DNA from: Minisyncoccota bacterium | Lineage (GTDB): Bacteria; Patescibacteriota; Minisyncoccia; Phycocordibacterales; Phycocordibacteraceae | NCBI GenBank assembly: GCA_041664865.1 | Contig: JBAYJU010000001.1 | Location: forward strand, 1-56,358 | Length of the DNA: 56,358 nucleotides | Direction of reading: 5' to 3' | In this document: piece by piece, positions 55,528-56,358 of the stretch | Layout: each line of letters begins with the position of its first letter | Position numbering within the stretch: position 1 is the stretch's first letter | Notes under the pieces: model-generated | What the model saw: only the letters and a program-made list of their open reading frames with translations | Database searches by the model: none | What the model was told of the DNA's origin: nothing | Translations under genes and position numbers: made by a program

Positions 55528-55749
55528 TTATTTTCCCTTATCCCAATCTTCCCTGCGTATACCCGCTTGCCTGAGGATTCTTGAAATTAAATCCGGACTT
55601 ATGTCTTTCTTGTGAGGATTCGGAATAGTGAGACCGAGCTCGCCCTTGGTCATATATGGATGACCATTCTCTTGAAACGGTCCCTCAAAACCAAATGCGC
55701 GAAGTCGCTGCACGAGCGCCCGATTAGAAATCGAACCGAGCTTAGGCAT
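55528..55749 (-). CDS. hicA: HicA-family mRNA-interferase toxin
   Basis: ..LVQRLRAFGFE......GHPYM......LTIPNPHKKDISPDLISRILRQAGI.. pattern; 73 aa. Confidence 0.75.
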   Translation of the reverse strand: MPKLGSISNRALVQRLRAFGFEGPFQENGHPYMTKGELGLTIPNPHKKDISPDLISRILRQAGIRREDWDKGK

Positions 55750-55990
55750 ACACCCGTTCCCTTGTCTTCAAACGTGGCAATTTGAATCCGGGAATGGGCC
55801 TGTTATTCCTGAGACGAAGTATAATCCAGCCTTCCAAAGTGCTCGCCAACTCCTTGCGACATCCTTCGAGAGTTTTTCCAGTAGCCCACACGCCCTTAAG
55901 AACAGGGATTTCTGCATAAAATGTCTTCCCGTCGTCTATTATTTCATAGCGGGCTTTCTCCAGAAAAGACTGTATATAGTCGTTAATCAT
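55742..55990 (-). CDS. hicB: HicB-family antitoxin (short, UPF0150-like)
   Basis: Start at ATG 55988-55990 (MINDYIQSF..); ..FYAEIPVLKGVWATGKTLEGCRKEL...LEGWI... 8-nt overlap with hicA. Confidence 0.7.
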   Translation of the reverse strand: MINDYIQSFLEKARYEIIDDGKTFYAEIPVLKGVWATGKTLEGCRKELASTLEGWIILRLRNNRPIPGFKLPRLKTRERVYA

Positions 55991-56128
55991 GAAATTTAAT
56001 ATACCACAATAATTGGTAAGCGCCCCGCTTCGGGGTCCGTGGCTCCGCAAACCCTCTCCGCAATTGCAAACTCAATTCCGTCTGCGGCTATTATCCTCAG
56101 TAATTTTTTAGCGTATTATAATATCCAT

Positions 56129-56358
56129 ATGGTCGTGGTCCCATTGCTGTACGCATATTTTGTATTGGTAATCCCATTTTTGGTAGTTTGGCTTATCCTT
56201 TTCGTTTTCAATAAAACTCTTAGACAGAAACAGTGGCTCACAAGTATTGCTGGAGCCATTCTAGGCCCAATAAGTGAAGTGGCTTATTTCAAGGATTACT
56301 GGCACCCTCTCAGCATATTTAGTATCAACATATATGGCTTCAATATTCTTGTTGAGGA
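56129..56358 (+). CDS. Hypothetical membrane protein, 5' partial (runs off the window)
   Basis: An ATG at 56129 opens a frame to the window end: MVVVPLLYAYFVLVIPFLVVWLILFVFNK... AT-rich region. Confidence 0.45.
   Translation, partial: MVVVPLLYAYFVLVIPFLVVWLILFVFNKTLRQKQWLTSIAGAILGPISEVAYFKDYWHPLSIFSINIYGFNILVE

Overview
This 56.4-kb chromosomal fragment has the gene content and quirks of a Candidate Phyla Radiation / Patescibacteria (Parcubacteria-like) bacterium. It uses the standard code (TGA is a stop). There is no L30 gene between rpsE and rplO, PheS and PheT are strongly reduced, and many proteins carry basic low-complexity N-terminal extensions. A free-standing LAGLIDADG gene and pilM/comF are present. 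The backbone holds groES-groEL, secG, RNase J, nth, infC-rpmI-rplT, a beta-CASP RNase and ndk. A long minus-strand ribosomal block follows (rpsL-rpsG-fusA-tuf-rpsJ ... rplC-rplD-rplW-rplB | rpsS ... rplO-secY-adk-map), interrupted by a 6-kb insert carrying rpsB-tsf-tRNA-Thr, two minus-strand envelope genes and pheST. There are two tRNAs (Ser-GCU, Thr-UGU), plus ksgA, pcrA, a LysM-M23 peptidase and hicBA. The most notable feature is a diversity-generating retroelement (DGR) at the left edge. It has an RT N-terminal fragment running off the window, an inverted avd, a 112-nt template repeat (514-625) and a variable repeat (975-1086). All 12 differences between the repeats fall on template adenines. 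The target is a small signal-less protein, and a C9/G9 homopolymer sits where RT translation must start. Other observations: (1) a family of ~25-nt palindromic units (ATGTGGGAC..GTCCCACAT) inserted in frame in pheT and the pheS tail and bracketing a lower-GC gene; (2) a ~390-nt gene-free structured region with a perfect 29-bp hairpin; (3) a tightly coupled four-gene operon of unknown envelope proteins upstream of rpsL; (4) strong hairpins plus sigma70-like promoters that split the str and S10 operons; (5) an EndoIII lacking two Fe-S cysteines; (6) an M23 peptidase whose signal peptide has no canonical start codon. No rRNA, CRISPR array or transposase was seen. All functional calls come from reading the translations; no database search was run.
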